The position numbers and the translations under genes were made by a program. From IMG/VR virus record IMGVR_UViG_2531839146_000005: a stretch of DNA of 6,508 nucleotides. One strand, 5' to 3'. Source of the stretch: a virus (Duplodnaviria; Heunggongvirae; Uroviricota; Caudoviricetes). This document shows positions 5,639-6,508 of this stretch, in pieces; the stretch's first letter is position 1; each line of letters opens with the position of its first letter. A model generated the notes under the pieces. The model saw only the letters and a list, made by a program, of their open reading frames with translations, was not told the origin of the DNA and ran no database searches.

Positions 5639-6508
5639 ATGGGTAAAGGCGGCAGTAAGGGGCATACCCCGCGCGAAGCGAAGGACAACCTGAAGTCCAC
5701 GCAGCTGCTGAGTGTGATCGATGCCATCAGCGAAGGGCCGGTTGAAGGTCCGGTGGATGGATTAAAAAGCGTGCTGCTGAACAGTACGCCGGTGCTGGAC
5801 AGTGAGGGGAATACCAATATATCCGGCGTCACGGTGGTGTTCCGGGCCGGTGAGCAGGAGCAGACACCGCCGGAGGGGTTTGAATCCTCCGGCTCCGAGA
5901 CGGTGCTGGGTACGGAAGTGAAATATGACACGCCGATCACCCGCACCATTACGTCTGCAAACATCGACCGTCTGCGCTTTACCTTCGGTGTACAGGCACT
6001 GGTGGAAACCACCTCAAAGGGTGACAGGAATCCGTCGGAAGTCCGTCTGCTGGTTCAGATACAACGTAACGGTGGCTGGGTGACGGAAAAAGACATCACC
6101 ATTAAGGGCAAAACCACCTCGCAGTATCTGGCCTCGGTGGTGGTGGATAACCTGCCGCCGCGCCCGTTTAATATCCGGATGCGCAGGATGACGCCGGACA
6201 GCACCACAGACCAGCTGCAGAACAAAACGCTCTGGTCGTCATACACCGAAATTATCGATGTGAAACAGTGCTACCCGAACACGGCACTGGTCGGCGTGCA
6301 GGTGGACTCGGAGCAGTTCGGCAGCCAGCAGGTGAGCCGTAATTATCATCTGCGCGGGCGTATTCTGCAGGTGCCGTCGAATTATAACCCGCAGACGCGG
6401 CAATACAGCGGTATCTGGGACGGAACGTTTAAACCGGCATACAGCAACAACATGGCCTGGTGTCTGTGGGATATGCTGACCCATCCACGCTACGGCATGG
6501 GGAAACGT
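5639..6508 (+). CDS. J: Tail tip / central tail fiber protein J, N-terminal 290 codons (continues past the window end)
   Basis: ATG 5639 with GGAG 8 nt upstream. Translation MGKGGSKGHTPREAKDNLKSTQLLSVIDAISEGPVEGPVDGLKSVLLNSTPVLDSEGNTNISGV... is open to the window end and matches the lambda gpJ N-terminus. Not in the ORF track because no stop codon is reached. Confidence 0.93.
   Translation, partial: MGKGGSKGHTPREAKDNLKSTQLLSVIDAISEGPVEGPVDGLKSVLLNSTPVLDSEGNTNISGVTVVFRAGEQEQTPPEGFESSGSETVLGTEVKYDTPITRTITSANIDRLRFTFGVQALVETTSKGDRNPSEVRLLVQIQRNGGWVTEKDITIKGKTTSQYLASVVVDNLPPRPFNIRMRRMTPDSTTDQLQNKTLWSSYTEIIDVKQCYPNTALVGVQVDSEQFGSQQVSRNYHLRGRILQVPSNYNPQTRQYSGIWDGTFKPAYSNNMAWCLWDMLTHPRYGMGKR

Noticed and set aside
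5632-5646. ATG at 5632 just upstream of the J start
   Set aside because: It opens a 4-codon frame (M-T-N-G-stop) and sits too close to the GGAG at 5627-5630. The ATG at 5639 has proper spacing and yields the recognisable J N-terminus.
3885-6484. Minus-strand and alternative-frame ORFs over L, K, I and J (3885..4082, 4001..4189, 4281..4709, 4591..4956, 4645..4881, 4809..5045, 5170..5427, 5256..5441, 5334..5567, 5438..5665, 5623..6012, 6055..6246, 6239..6484)
   Set aside because: Overlap well-supported plus-strand genes; compositions typical of non-coding frames; none shows a recognisable motif.
1-6508. A novel defence, toxin-antitoxin, CRISPR or mobile-element system hidden in the window
   Set aside because: The entire window is accounted for by a contiguous, syntenic lambdoid tail gene cluster with almost no intergenic space. 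No direct repeat arrays, no terminal inverted repeats, no tRNA-like sequences and no unexplained ORFs on either strand.

Overview
This window is the tail-assembly / tail-tip module of a lambda-like (lambdoid) siphovirus or prophage, all on the + strand in the canonical lambda order: G (3' part), the T frame expressed as a G-T fusion by -1 frameshift, H (tape measure), M, L, K, I, and the 5' end of J. Protein sequences are recognisably near-identical to phage lambda's, from my recollection of the lambda proteins, not a database search. Genes are tightly packed with overlapping stop/start codons and one 103-nt out-of-frame overlap (K/I). I found no RNA genes, CRISPR arrays, mobile elements or clear promoters, and I do not see a novel, undescribed system here: this is a well-characterised structural module. 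Points worth a second look are the conserved G-T slippery site, the K start codon (only the long form carries a complete JAMM/MPN active site), the K/I peptidase plus ubiquitin-like pairing, the Fe-S cysteine cluster in L, glycine-rich hydrophobic segments in H and I, and a terminator-like hairpin between I and J. All minus-strand ORFs in the track look like antisense artefacts of GC-rich coding sequence.
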